From positions 1,216,001-1,280,000 of the forward strand of contig OZ244207.1 in the NCBI GenBank assembly GCA_965216875.1: a stretch of 64,000 nt of DNA. The letters are read 5' to 3'. This DNA is from Rubripirellula sp. Its GTDB lineage: Bacteria > Planctomycetota > Planctomycetia > Pirellulales > Pirellulaceae. Below, one piece after another: positions 1 to 10,383 of this stretch. Made by a program: the position numbers and the translations under genes. Positions within the stretch are counted from its first letter, which is position 1. Every line of letters begins with the position of its first letter. The notes beneath the pieces are model-generated. The model made no database searches. It had not been told where the DNA came from and saw nothing but the letters and a program-made list of their open reading frames with translations.

Positions 1-30
1 GAACTCGTCACCCGTCAGTCACAGCGGCCT

Positions 31-1158
31 TTATCCGCGTTGTCGGGCATAGTGTTTGGCGAGTTCGTCTTTCGAGATACTGCCGTCGCGATCAAAATCG
101 GAAAGGTTCATTAGCGTCCTAGGCAGCTGTCCCGGTTTAGCCGGCGAAAACAATTCGGTGGCTTCGATCGCATTGCTGCGGTTTGTGTCGTGGCGTCGAA
201 ACATGGCCTGTGCTTTTCGATAGTCTTGATCTTCATAGCCTTTTTCTTTTCGTTGCTCGGCGATGGCAATCTCGACTTCCTTCCGCGTGACAACACCGTC
301 TTTGTCGGTGTCATAGTCGGTCATTTCCGGCGAACGTGTCGCTTCAAAACCGGCGCCTTCACGAGCCTCGATGCGGCCGTCGGCATTCCAGTCCTGTCTC
401 GAGAAGAGGGAATTGATCTTTTGTTGATCCGAAATCGTAAGTCCGAGTTGGCGGCGGTGCTTGGAAAGCATTGTTTCCAATTCAACGATAGTAAGTTTGC
501 CGTTTGAGTCTTCATCAAAGTCGGCCAGCCTACTAGGCAAATACGTTTTTGCCGTTTCTTCGTCGTCCAATTCGCCGTCCTTGTTCGTGTCGAATTTCTG
601 GATGAGACGACCGGCTCCGGAATGATCTACACCTTCGATGCCCAGTTCGCGGCGCAGACCTCTTGCGAAGGCGAAATGACGAGTGAGTTCGCCCAGCGTT
701 ACGATGCCGTCATGATTTCGGTCGTAGTCGTCTGGCGGGCCGTTTGGCCAACCTCGTTCGATCTCTTCTTCATCCAGCTGCCCGTTCTTGTTTTTGTCGA
801 AACGGCGTAGCTTTGTTTTGGCACTGTTGACATCGAGCGCCGTGATTCCAACATCATCACGCAGTTTGGCTTGGTGGACCGCAAACTCGAGATGCGAGAG
901 TTTGCCGTCGCGATTGAAGTCGAAGTCCTTGGCATCGTCGCGCCAAGGAATGCGAGACATTTCTCCGTTGTCGACAAAACCGTCTTCGTCCAAATCGTAA
1001 ACGGTCATCAGATTGGTCGCGTCGCGCAGGTCTTCGGCGATCAGGACAAGTGTGATCGGGTCCTTCGGGGACTCTTCCTCCTGAGCGTCCACAGCCCACG
1101 GAGAGCAAACCTGAAGGACAAATAACGCAACGAGACACAGCAACGCATTTCTGCTCAT
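31..1158 (-). CDS. secreted multi-EF-hand (calcium-binding) protein
   Basis: N-terminal signal peptide; many DxDxDG-type loops (DLDEDGFVD, DFNRDGKLS, DKNKNGQLD, DTDKDGVVT, DFDRDGSIS). Confidence 0.85.
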   Translation of the reverse strand: MSRNALLCLVALFVLQVCSPWAVDAQEEESPKDPITLVLIAEDLRDATNLMTVYDLDEDGFVDNGEMSRIPWRDDAKDFDFNRDGKLSHLEFAVHQAKLRDDVGITALDVNSAKTKLRRFDKNKNGQLDEEEIERGWPNGPPDDYDRNHDGIVTLGELTRHFAFARGLRRELGIEGVDHSGAGRLIQKFDTNKDGELDDEETAKTYLPSRLADFDEDSNGKLTIVELETMLSKHRRQLGLTISDQQKINSLFSRQDWNADGRIEAREGAGFEATRSPEMTDYDTDKDGVVTRKEVEIAIAEQRKEKGYEDQDYRKAQAMFRRHDTNRSNAIEATELFSPAKPGQLPRTLMNLSDFDRDGSISKDELAKHYARQRG

Positions 1159-1283
1159 CGAGGTTGCCTTGGTAAGCGGGTGAGGATGCTAATCACTTGC
1201 AGGATGACGGGATCAAGGTCATGGCCAACACCCAAATCCTGAATCCCCGTCTCCTTGATCATACCCTTCCGCTTTCACGAATG

Positions 1284-1730
1284 CTTGTAGCGTGTGTGCT
1301 CGCACGCACAAGCTTCGTCATCTCGGTAAGCGGCGATGAGTAACCGCGGATGAACGCAAATAGACGCAGATGGAGCTAAAGAACCTGCAATCAAGGCCGT
1401 CACATAATCTGTGTGCATCGGAGTCCATCTGCGGTTGCCACTCGCGCGCCCATAGTCGCCTTTCGCTCCGTCGAAAGTAGCGTCCCAAACTCCCCGCAAT
1501 TTCCGTAGCTTGTGTGCTCGCACGCACAGACTTCGCCACCTCGGGCAACGGCGATGAGTAACCGCAGATGAACGCAAATAGACACAGATAAATCTTCCGA
1601 ACCTGCAAAAATGATCATCCAACGACGAACTCACACAGAGACCTATCATCTGCGTGCATCTGAGTCCATCTGCGGTTCCCCCTCACGCACACATAGTCGC
1701 CTTTCGCTCCGCCGAAAGTAGCGTCCCCAA
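1284..1730. repeat. two tandem composite REP/BIME-like units containing the ACCGCAGAT...ATCTGCGGT palindromic family
   Basis: tgtgtgctcgcacgcaca, accgc(a/g)gatgaacgcaaatagac..catctgcggtt and catagtcgcctttcgctccg are each present twice. Confidence 0.8.
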
Positions 1731-1763
1731 GACACAAACAGTCCCGTGGTGTATGCCCACGCG

Positions 1764-2987
1764 CTACGACAACAGCACCGCTGAACGTCCTGAGGCCCAT
1801 TCGAGGTACAAGCGAATGCGAAGGATGTACTTGCGGCCGCGAAGCAGACGTACGTTGATCCGCGCGTTGAGTCCGGTGCCGCTATCATCGTCGCCAGCAA
1901 CGACTTCTTGTTCACCGTTGACGTCTTGTGACAGCACGATGAGCGTGTCGGAACGTCCGAACGTTTGAATGGTGTAGTCTCCAGTGAACTCGGGCTCGAT
2001 GACAAAGTTTTTTTGTTCACCGGCGGCAATGTCGAGGAATTCGGTTTGCAGAGGTAACAACTGCTTGAATTGGCGGTCGTCGATTTTGGGGTACAACTTA
2101 CGCGCTTCCGATTTGTCGACGTCGGTAAGGCCGTCGGTGGGGCGCAAGCCGTTGCGAAACCGTGCCGGTTCGACAATCAATCCAGCTCCAAAGCCGTAGT
2201 GCATGATGGAGTTCGGGTCCCAGTTGGAGCCTTCGACCTCTCGCCGCGAGAGCTTGCGGAGAATGTTGTGAAAGACCTGTTGCCGCGTCCAATTGTTGGG
2301 TGGCCCCGTGAACTCGTCGTACACGGCGTCCTCATCCCAGACGATGCCTGAGAACGGGTTTTGATGCTCGTGCGGAAAGCCGAGTGTATGCCCGATTTCG
2401 TGGATCGGTGTGTCGAGTCCTCCGCCTCGTGGATCACGTGTCAGGTCCCAACCAAAATTCATCGTACGTTCAAAACGACCTGGGAAATCGATGACATCGC
2501 GACCAACGTAAGACCACGACCCGTCGCCCCGAAGGAATCCAATGCGAATCTGAGCGTCATTGATGTTGTTGGTCTCCTCGAACTCAATTCCAATCCCCAC
2601 GTCTTCCCAGGCTTCGAAACCTCGTCGCACTAAATCTTCGTTGCTAGGCTCGCCTTTGAAGGGACCTTGCGAAAACATGTAGTACTTGAGTTTGGTGCCG
2701 CTCAGCCACTTCTTTTCCATGTAGCGTATCAGCCCGAGTCGTCGGTCCGAGACGCCAGGGTCGACCGGGCGCACAGGCGTTTCGGGCAGGTTGCACGTTC
2801 CCAAGCCGAAGTGATTGACGTTCGGTTTCTTACGTGGCCCGTCGTCTGATTTGCAGTGAGAATCGCAATCGTCAGAGTAGCCTTGTTCGTTGTTTTCGAG
2901 TTTGTCGAGACGGCGTGAAATTGCGTCCAGCTGTTTCTCGATCGTTTTGAGTGCTTTGTCTTTGTCGGCCACAGTAATCCTCCTCAA
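1764..2987 (-). CDS. M12/astacin-like zinc metallopeptidase with C-terminal beta (PPC-like) domain
   Basis: HEIGHTLGFPHEH zinc motif, SIMHY Met-turn, DDDSG..NARI C-terminal motif. Confidence 0.85.
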   Translation of the reverse strand: MRRITVADKDKALKTIEKQLDAISRRLDKLENNEQGYSDDCDSHCKSDDGPRKKPNVNHFGLGTCNLPETPVRPVDPGVSDRRLGLIRYMEKKWLSGTKLKYYMFSQGPFKGEPSNEDLVRRGFEAWEDVGIGIEFEETNNINDAQIRIGFLRGDGSWSYVGRDVIDFPGRFERTMNFGWDLTRDPRGGGLDTPIHEIGHTLGFPHEHQNPFSGIVWDEDAVYDEFTGPPNNWTRQQVFHNILRKLSRREVEGSNWDPNSIMHYGFGAGLIVEPARFRNGLRPTDGLTDVDKSEARKLYPKIDDRQFKQLLPLQTEFLDIAAGEQKNFVIEPEFTGDYTIQTFGRSDTLIVLSQDVNGEQEVVAGDDDSGTGLNARINVRLLRGRKYILRIRLYLEWASGRSAVLLS

Positions 2988-3488
2988 TCGTATTGGAACC
3001 TAACGCGGCGATGTCGATGGGAAGAGTTCCGGCCGCCGTGTCGTCGAACACAATTCATGATGCGGCTGCAGATCGATTTGACTACGGAGCGCGTTTGGAA
3101 ACGCGGGGGAAGCGATGTGGAATGCCGGCGGCTCTACCGGTTCAACTTCGTTCACTGTCCTCCTGTTCAGGAACCTATTGGTCGCGGACGACGCGATGCT
3201 CCACCCCTGTTCCACTGATTCCGGCGTGTGTTCCTATGGCTATGCTTTTACCCACAACGAATACTCGCGAGTCTGAGGCGCAGACTAGTTTTGTCGCAAC
3301 TCAACTGCCGTTTCCATCGCAGTGGCCATCGCCTCTCTACGAAGTCCTAGCGTCTTCAATCTGCTATACAGAACGATAGCTGTTGGCGAGTAGGATTTGC
3401 CGACCGAGGCCGAGCGTGCTTATACCTTCCCGGCGTTACTGAAAAGTTGTTGGCACTATTGACTACGAGAATTGAGAAGTTGGCCCGA

Positions 3489-4598
3489 ATGCACAGTATG
3501 TTCGCGATGCTCCTGGTCACGCTCGCAATCCTCTCAGCCGGATGTCGTGAGCAAACGACTCTGAAGCCGCAAGTGTCGAACGTCAAGGCTGACGAAGAGA
3601 TTCTGTTCTTCCCTACATACGGCCAGATTGATCCGGAAGCGGACGTTTGGCGGTTCGACGTTCATGGAAAAGCGTTCGAACCCGAAATGAGCTCAACGAA
3701 GCGTGCAGCATTGATTGAAATGTTGCAATTATCTGCGGACGCGGGGGACGCTGCATTTCTTGATGAACGGATTCGCCCGTTTGTCGTCGATAATGAACGT
3801 GGAAAGACGGTGGTGATTAGGACGGGCGGCGAACAATTCGTTGCCGGAACGTCCAAGTCAAACGGGCACTTTGACAGTTCGTTGACCGCCAAAACAAATT
3901 CATCGGCGCTAAGCGAAGGTCGGAACCCGATTCTACGTTTCGAGGCTGTTTTGCGCGACGGCGACAAGCGAGCGTTTAAGGGCCGTGTGCACCTCATTGC
4001 TCGGCAGGGCATTTCGGTCATCTCGGACATCGATGACACGATCAAGCATTCGCAAGTGACGGACAAGTCGGAGTTGTTGCAAAACACGTTTCTGCGTGAA
4101 TTTCGCGCAATCGACGGAATGCCTGAGTTGTATAGCGATCTGAACGCTTCGGGCGTGTCATTTCACTACGTTTCCGGCAGCCCTTGGCAGCTCTATGAAT
4201 CGCTCCAAGCATTCATGTCCGACGTTGGTTTTCCGGAGGGCACCTTTCACCTGAAGCATTTCCGACTCAAGGATTCGAGCGCGCTGGACCTGCTTTCATC
4301 GCAGGAGCAAACGAAACTTGCGGCGATCACGCCGCTGCTTGAAGCGTTCCCTCAACGTCGCTTCATTTTTATCGGCGATTCGGGGGAGCAGGACCCGGAG
4401 ATCTACGGTCAACTTGCACGAAAGTATTCTGATCAGATCGTCGGCATCTTCATTCGTAACGCAACCGGCGAAAAGAAACCTGATCAGCGGTTTGCTGACG
4501 CTTTTCGGGACCTGCCCGATGATCACTGGATCCTCTTTGATGAAGTGGCCGAAATCACGGAGCGGATCAACACGCTGGCAAGTCAAATGCCCCGATAA
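3489..4598 (+). CDS. App1-family phosphatidate phosphatase (DUF2183), probable lipoprotein
   Basis: ISDIDDTIK, HYVSGSPWQLY and FIGDSGEQDPEIY motifs; LSAGC lipobox. Confidence 0.85.
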   Translation: MHSMFAMLLVTLAILSAGCREQTTLKPQVSNVKADEEILFFPTYGQIDPEADVWRFDVHGKAFEPEMSSTKRAALIEMLQLSADAGDAAFLDERIRPFVVDNERGKTVVIRTGGEQFVAGTSKSNGHFDSSLTAKTNSSALSEGRNPILRFEAVLRDGDKRAFKGRVHLIARQGISVISDIDDTIKHSQVTDKSELLQNTFLREFRAIDGMPELYSDLNASGVSFHYVSGSPWQLYESLQAFMSDVGFPEGTFHLKHFRLKDSSALDLLSSQEQTKLAAITPLLEAFPQRRFIFIGDSGEQDPEIYGQLARKYSDQIVGIFIRNATGEKKPDQRFADAFRDLPDDHWILFDEVAEITERINTLASQMPR

Positions 4599-4751
4599 CC
4601 CTTCGTCAGCTCTGTCATCATCCCCTAGCTCTGTCATCATCCCCTAGTGATGATCAAATTGAGAGGTGATTCAGCCGGGCGAAGAGCCCGGCTACATCGC
4701 GCGACTGTAGCCAGAAGACTCAAGGCACCGGTCCGTTACCAACTCGCCCAG

Positions 4752-5366
4752 TTACTTTTTCGTGCGTGCCCGTACAAGCAGAAAGGCTTGCTTGTCGCTT
4801 GGCGTCGGAAGCTCGACGAGATAGACTTCGCCATCGTCCCATCGGAACGCAGTCTCTAGGGCTTGCTTGCCAATCACAGGACGGCCGATCGGTACATCGA
4901 CTCCGGAAATCAAACGAGTTCCATCGGTCGTTCCGACCAACATGGTCAATTCCACCGAGACCTTCAGTTCACCGTCGTCGGTTGTCGCCAAGACTCCGAT
5001 CCGTGTCCCCAGTGGACTATCCGGCTCAAACGACTTGATCGACAACCTGTCGTCTCCGGTCTTTTCGAGATACTCAATCGGCCCCCGCGTCGTCGTTTCG
5101 ACCGTCGCCTGACGCCCCGATGTCACGATCACATTTGGCGCCGAGATCACCTTTGCGCCAGGAATGTTTTTCCAGATATCCCAGTCCACTCCCGAGTCGA
5201 CCAAGCTTTTCGAATCGCTTTCCCACAACCCTTCGCGCACTTCGACAATCCGCATCTCGATATGAACCACCGGTCCCGTTGGTTCGGCCAAAGACTTCGG
5301 TGCGGGCTCATCGGCCAACCCGATGGATCCACACAGGACCAAACCGAACAAAAGAAACATTCGCAT
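4752..5366 (-). CDS. secreted hypothetical protein with a secretin-like segment
   Basis: signal peptide; IEMRIVEV and SAPNVIVTSGRQA resemble secretin core strands. Confidence 0.55.
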   Translation of the reverse strand: MRMFLLFGLVLCGSIGLADEPAPKSLAEPTGPVVHIEMRIVEVREGLWESDSKSLVDSGVDWDIWKNIPGAKVISAPNVIVTSGRQATVETTTRGPIEYLEKTGDDRLSIKSFEPDSPLGTRIGVLATTDDGELKVSVELTMLVGTTDGTRLISGVDVPIGRPVIGKQALETAFRWDDGEVYLVELPTPSDKQAFLLVRARTKK

Positions 5367-5442
5367 CACATTCTCCTTGTCAAAAACAATCATCCATGAA
5401 ACTTAGCGATCGAGATCGAACCGACAGATTCGATCTCGACCA

Positions 5443-5865
5443 CTAGAAATCGGTCAACGCTAGTTGATTGGCAGTGCTGAAAGAATCATTGAGGGCAGAC
5501 GATACTCCGTCATCGCTGACAACACGCCAATTCATTTGGTCATTGCCAAACAGTCGTGCCCGCGGTGTGGGCGTCGCGGTAAGAGGATCCACTGTCATCC
5601 GCTGCTCACCGGCGGCCGGTGGTACATGGTTCACGACAGCCAATCCGTCGGACCTAGCGTCCTGTCCGCCACCGACCATGCCACGCACCCCGTAGCCCAC
5701 CCATCCAGACACAACCGCGACGATCAGGAACGCAACGGGCTGCAATCGGAATCTTGCCCCGTTTCCGCGCTGATAGCCGGCGATCACATCGCCTACTCTT
5801 TCATCCAAGTGCGACGAAGGCTCAGGTTGCGCGCGAGCGGCGATTCGTTGTTCCAAGTCATCCAT
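5443..5865 (-). CDS. putative single-TM anti-sigma factor
   Basis: overlaps the stop of the ECF sigma gene; one hydrophobic segment. Confidence 0.55.
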   Translation of the reverse strand: MDDLEQRIAARAQPEPSSHLDERVGDVIAGYQRGNGARFRLQPVAFLIVAVVSGWVGYGVRGMVGGGQDARSDGLAVVNHVPPAAGEQRMTVDPLTATPTPRARLFGNDQMNWRVVSDDGVSSALNDSFSTANQLALTDF

Positions 5866-6361
5866 TTGCGCTGGCCCTTAGGTGTTGTCTCAGCTTGACC
5901 AAAGCCCTGCGGTATCGCGTCGCGACAGTCTGCAGCGGTGTGCCCGTGACCTCTCCGATCTCCCGGAAAGAAAGCCCGGTCTTCAAATGCAAATCCAATA
6001 GTTCTCTCGCTTCCGCAGTCAAGGAGGCGAGTGCTTCGTCGATCGCGTCATCTACAAAATCGCCGTCCGCCGTCGCTGTTTGTTCGACTGCCCACGATTG
6101 CTCCCAATCGGATTGGTCCAGCGACACGCTTCCTGGCCCCCGTCCTTCCTTGCGAGCCAGGTCGATCGCGGCGTTTCGAACCACACGAAACGCATACAGC
6201 CTGGGATCCTGCGGAGCAGATTGACGACGTGATAGCTGCACGAAAGCGTTGTGCACAGCATCCTCGGCAAGCTCCCGCCGACGCAGGACGTTCCACGCAA
6301 CGGAAAACAGTGCTTGGCGGTTTTGCCAATACAGTTGTGCAAGCCAGTTTGATTCGTCCAT
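5858..6361 (-). CDS. ECF RNA polymerase sigma factor
   Basis: AEDAVHNAF region 2; GLSFREIGEVTGTPLQTVATRYRRA region 4 HTH. Confidence 0.9.
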   Translation of the reverse strand: MDESNWLAQLYWQNRQALFSVAWNVLRRRELAEDAVHNAFVQLSRRQSAPQDPRLYAFRVVRNAAIDLARKEGRGPGSVSLDQSDWEQSWAVEQTATADGDFVDDAIDEALASLTAEARELLDLHLKTGLSFREIGEVTGTPLQTVATRYRRALVKLRQHLRASANG

Positions 6362-6586
6362 CCATCCAATCCGTGGGTTCTATTGGTATCCACGAAGCCC
6401 ACCCGAAGGATTATTCACCATCGAATCAATTTTGGGAAATTGGTCCCGCGCGGCCACAGCCAGTTCGCGCTGCTTGGTCCTGATTTTGAGCACTCATGCT
6501 TCACGCCAGGCCGGGCAATCTTCGACTTGGGGCTGGCTGCGAGCGTCTCTTCGTGCATTGGGTCATGAAAGGATTGACCAGGCATT

Positions 6587-7294
6587 TCACTGGTTGAATT
6601 GAATGGAGGGGCTCACGACATCCCAAGGAATCTGCATGATCGTTTCGTCATCGTCATCTCCATCCCCATCCCCATCGGTAGCAACGAACGCATAGAGAGG
6701 CGTGTCGTAGGGTGAGCCGGTTCCGTTGGTCACGATCAGCCGCACGTCAAACAGCACCATAGGCGGGTCGCTGTCAAACGGCTGGGGCAATGTGCGCCGG
6801 CGCATTGGTCGATAGGCGTCATCACGCAGCAATTCCAACACCTCTTTCTCCGCAGGTTGCGTTGGTCCTGTCGAATAGATCTGCCCCAGCTTCTTTGCCG
6901 TTTTGCCGAGTTTGTGTTGAGTCCATACGTCGCTGTTGTCAAACGTACCGAGCACAAGCCCGATGTTCTCACTTGAGATGACTCCGTGGCAGATGATCGG
7001 CTTGAGCAGTTCGGGATGCTTTCGGTACCGCGACTTCCGTTGGCGAATCGGCTGCAACGTGAGCGCGGCAACGATGAAACCGAACCCCGTGCGAGCCCAT
7101 TTGATCGTCAAGACAATAATGATGCCGGCAACCAGGGTCACGAAGCAGACAAAGATCGCAAGTAGAAAAGAGATCTCGTGCTGTGCGAGCATCGCTTTCG
7201 CACGCGGTGACCGCAAGTATTCGGAAACCTCTTTTTCAAGCCGGAATTGATCAACGGTGATCAAAGGCTTCGCATTTTCAAAATCAGCAGACAT
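6587..7294 (-). CDS. membrane hypothetical protein
   Basis: 235 aa ORF with two hydrophobic segments. Confidence 0.6.
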   Translation of the reverse strand: MSADFENAKPLITVDQFRLEKEVSEYLRSPRAKAMLAQHEISFLLAIFVCFVTLVAGIIIVLTIKWARTGFGFIVAALTLQPIRQRKSRYRKHPELLKPIICHGVISSENIGLVLGTFDNSDVWTQHKLGKTAKKLGQIYSTGPTQPAEKEVLELLRDDAYRPMRRRTLPQPFDSDPPMVLFDVRLIVTNGTGSPYDTPLYAFVATDGDGDGDDDDETIMQIPWDVVSPSIQFNQ

Positions 7295-7451
7295 AGGTCA
7301 GTCGCGTCTCACAAGCCAAGGAACCAACAAGGAGAGACAGGTTACCGGGTTAACCCCGATGACTGAAAGCGGGTGCCACCAAAACTCCCGAAGATTGGAA
7401 TCACAGACACCGTGGCGACTTCGGCGTCGAAGGCAGCGAAGCAAAGACTGG

Positions 7452-8145
7452 CGCCAAATGACCTCCGCGTCATCTGCGTCCATTCGTGTCCATCTGCGGT
7501 TTCACCAGGGGCAACAAAACGCGGCAATGAGGCAACAACAATTGAGCCGCGATCGCGTAAGCGACCGGGCCTTAGTCGCCTTCACACTCGCTGCGCGTCG
7601 GCAAAGGCCCGAGGCCTCACGGCCAGCGGCTCACGGAAATTCCTGTGGCGTCGGTCGCGATCTGTGTTGGCCTACACTGAGGGATTTTCATTGCGGCCAC
7701 GCAAAAGGTGTCTGACACCTTTTTCCGCTGTCCTGTGGCACGCCCCATTGCGAAGCCGTCATCTCCGGGCTTGGTCGCTACTACGTGCTATGTGATGACT
7801 GCTGCAAGACCGCACTGTCAGCATTGCCCGGGCTACGCACAAGATAGCGGGAACCACCGCGGGGACCGGCCGCCAAGACTCCCAACGTTGCGAGGCACAG
7901 ATGGACGCCAAATGACCTCCGCGTCATCTGCGTCCATTCGTGTCCATCTGCGGTTTCACCAGGGGCAACAAAACGCGGTAATGAGGCAACAACGGAGCCG
8001 CGATCGCGTAAGCGGCCGGGCCTTAATCGCCTTCACCCTAGCTGCGCGTCGGCAAGGGCCCGAGGCCTCACGGCCAGCGGCTCACGGAGATTCATGTGGC
8101 GCGGCCGCGATCTGTGTTGGCCTACGCTGAGGCATTTTCTTTGCG
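7452..8145. repeat. ~240-bp direct duplication (7452-7695 and 7906-8145) of a composite REP unit
   Basis: near-identical cgccaaatgacctcc...gatctgtgttggcctac(a/g)ctgagg blocks; 21-bp palindrome aaaaggtgtctgacacctttt at 7703-7723 between them. Confidence 0.9.
7729..7847 (+). pseudogene. 119-bp fragment of the 3' end of a homolog of island gene 18848-19327
   Basis: 108/119 identical to 19209-19327 by manual alignment, ending at the same TAG. Confidence 0.85.
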
Positions 8146-9540
8146 AATTGCCTTCACTTTCTCATCGACTTCGTTGTAGGCGACTTGGTGGGGCGGAGCG
8201 TTCGTCTTGCTGGCGATCGCAGCAGTGACTCCCGCATACTCGCCCATCGCAACGGCGTTTCCGGTCACTCGGTAGCTTGAATGGGCCACGAAGTCGCCAC
8301 TGATGCACCGCCCCGCCATCATGAGATTGTCAACGTTGGCAGCAAGCATTGCACCGAGCGGAATGTCAAACGGCTTCGCCTTGATTCCACGATTGCCGTA
8401 GCCGCCATCGCTTTTCTTGAGTGCGTGAATGTCGACGCAGAACTCCGAGGTGCAAACACTCTCGGCACTCTTCTTGCCGGCAACAACATCGGCCATCGTA
8501 ACACGCTCGCGCCCCTTCAAACGTCTGCCATCTCGCACGCCGATCTGCTCGCTCGTCGTCACCAGCCGAAGGTCTTTCCATTCCGGCAGCGTCTGCAATC
8601 CTCGCACGATCATGTTCAGTTCGTTTCTCGCACGAAACGTTGCGGCCGTAATCGCCGCGGCGTCGTCGGGACGCACGCCGTATTCATGGTTCATCATCAC
8701 GGACGCGATCGAACCTCCCATGTGGAAAATCGTGGGCTTGGTGTAACTCGGTTTGTAACCGCCTCGTTCGATTTCGGCTCGGAAACGATCTTTGTGCTTT
8801 CCGTCGCTGCTTCCTGTTCGCGTGAATGGCTTGATCAACTCCGGCGGTGCCGAGATCACTCCCATCAGCGACATCGGCTGACACGGACAATTCTCTGCGT
8901 CCGCATTTTCACCAATCTCAAACTCGCACCCTGCAAGCGCGCCAACATCGCCATCGCCGGTCGCGTCAATGACCACATCCGCTTTCCAAGCTTGGCGCCC
9001 TGACTTCGATTCGGTCATCACACCACGAATGCGGTTCGCAGAATCGACATCGACGCCGACAACGCGCGTATGAATCTGAACACCAATGCGAAGTTCGGTG
9101 ACAAGCGTTTCCAATACCCACTTCATCGTCTCGACATCATACATGTAGGACAGCCAAGACTGTGGACGCAAAGGTACATGACCATACTGATTGTTTGCAT
9201 CGTCCAGACGCCGAATCAATTCCGTGTTGAAACCCGGTTTGTCGGCATCGATCACGTATGACAGCATGCCGCTGGTCCAGACGCCCCCGAGACAACCATG
9301 GCATTCGAGGATTTGGACCGAAGCCCCTGCACGGGCCGCCGCGATCGCAGCACTGACTCCGGCCGGGCCACCACCGCAAACCAGCACGTCACATCGCCGT
9401 GCGATTGGAGTCTGCCGGGTGGGTTCGTTGACTGAATCTGGCGAAGCCGCCCCCGTCTCCTCAGCAAGGACCGACTGGATGCTACCGGAACCAAGAACCG
9501 CGGCCGTCCCAGCAAGCAAGTGACGTCGTTGAATAGGCAT
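8122..9540 (-). CDS. FAD-dependent oxidoreductase (Tat-exported)
   Basis: QRRHLL Tat motif; DVLVCGGGPAG; IDATGDGD; AGRCIS. Confidence 0.9.
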   Translation of the reverse strand: MPIQRRHLLAGTAAVLGSGSIQSVLAEETGAASPDSVNEPTRQTPIARRCDVLVCGGGPAGVSAAIAAARAGASVQILECHGCLGGVWTSGMLSYVIDADKPGFNTELIRRLDDANNQYGHVPLRPQSWLSYMYDVETMKWVLETLVTELRIGVQIHTRVVGVDVDSANRIRGVMTESKSGRQAWKADVVIDATGDGDVGALAGCEFEIGENADAENCPCQPMSLMGVISAPPELIKPFTRTGSSDGKHKDRFRAEIERGGYKPSYTKPTIFHMGGSIASVMMNHEYGVRPDDAAAITAATFRARNELNMIVRGLQTLPEWKDLRLVTTSEQIGVRDGRRLKGRERVTMADVVAGKKSAESVCTSEFCVDIHALKKSDGGYGNRGIKAKPFDIPLGAMLAANVDNLMMAGRCISGDFVAHSSYRVTGNAVAMGEYAGVTAAIASKTNAPPHQVAYNEVDEKVKAIRKENASA

Positions 9541-9695
9541 GGTCTTCCTTTGAAATCTCTCGTCGGCAGTATCGGCAGACGTACTTGGTTCACAATGATA
9601 CCTCAGTGATTCGCGATTCAGTGTCGACGCGCTCCGGCGGCCGATGCCAGAACATTTGATTACCGTTCGGCCGGACAAGACACCGATCTAGATTC

Positions 9696-9772
9696 GGCCG
9701 CGACCGCGCAAGCAGCCGGGCCTTGATCGTGCGCGTTGGCAAAGGCCCGAGGCCTCACGGCCAGCGGCTCAC
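9696..9772. repeat. REP-like element (gccgcga..gcccgaggcctcacggccagcggctcac family)
   Basis: same motif at 7544-7634, 7995-8085 and 51776-51804. Confidence 0.75.
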
Positions 9773-9821
9773 CGGTAGCTTCGTTTCGAATGGGGCATTC
9801 CCTGGCTGCGGATTGGGATGC

Positions 9822-9867
9822 AAAAAAAAAAGCCCGGTTGACCGTTGGTTGGTCGACCGGGCTTTTT
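9822..9867 (-). terminator. intrinsic terminator, probably the original tRNA-Arg terminator displaced by the island
   Basis: stem agcccggttgacc/ggtcgaccgggct with A and T runs, just beyond the duplicated tRNA 3' end. Confidence 0.8.
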
Positions 9868-9875
9868 CGGTTGCA

Positions 9876-9896
9876 GTACACCCCAGAGGATTCGAA
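9876..9896. repeat. att core, left copy (duplicated tRNA-Arg 3' end)
   Basis: gtacaccccagaggattcgaa is identical to 30184-30204. Confidence 0.95.
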
Positions 9897-10141
9897 TGCG
9901 CTCGACGATTCGCGATGCGATGATTCGCACGACGCGAATAAGGGAGCGGAAAAGGGGACACCGGCTATTGAAGAGAGTGAATCGATAGTGTTGACCCGCG
10001 CTTGGGAAGTCGACATCGTGCACATTGTCCAGGCACTTTCTGATAGCGCGCTGTGCGATCTCCTGGCCGTCGCGCGAGGGCTTCTTCGAACTGAGGAAAC
10101 GTCCAACGACTAAGTGTCCATCCCACCACGGTTTCGGGTGT

Positions 10142-10156
10142 CTGCCACGGTGGCAC
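10142..10156. promoter_or_regulatory. island palindrome, imperfect copy (ctgccacggtggcac)
   Basis: near match to GTGCCACWGTGGCAC, upstream of ORF 10204. Confidence 0.6.
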
Positions 10157-10203
10157 ACTCTTGATCATGCTTGAAATGCCGCCAGAACCATCGAGATAGA
10201 GCC

Positions 10204-10383
10204 ATGAACAACCCCTACGAGATATCAACCAGCGATCACCGCCGACAACGAAACGCCTATACGGGCCGTCAGATGTTCGTGTCGTTCCTGGGTGGCACCA
10301 TCTTGGGACTGGTCATCGCGGTCCTGGGCTTCATCATCCTGATCTTGTGGTCCGCTCTTCAGACGTATCAGATCGGCGTCTAG
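10204..10383 (+). CDS. small membrane protein (59 aa)
   Basis: NPY N-terminus and one long hydrophobic stretch. Confidence 0.6.
   Translation: MNNPYEISTSDHRRQRNAYTGRQMFVSFLGGTILGLVIAVLGFIILILWSALQTYQIGV

Noticed and set aside
1275..1800. short ORFs over repeat regions (also 7257-8130 and 44895-45729)
   Set aside because: These are translations of REP-like repeats with no protein-family motifs.
9736..10113. independent 125-aa gene
   Set aside because: It begins in a REP and crosses a terminator; only the part after the att core makes sense, as the integrase tail.
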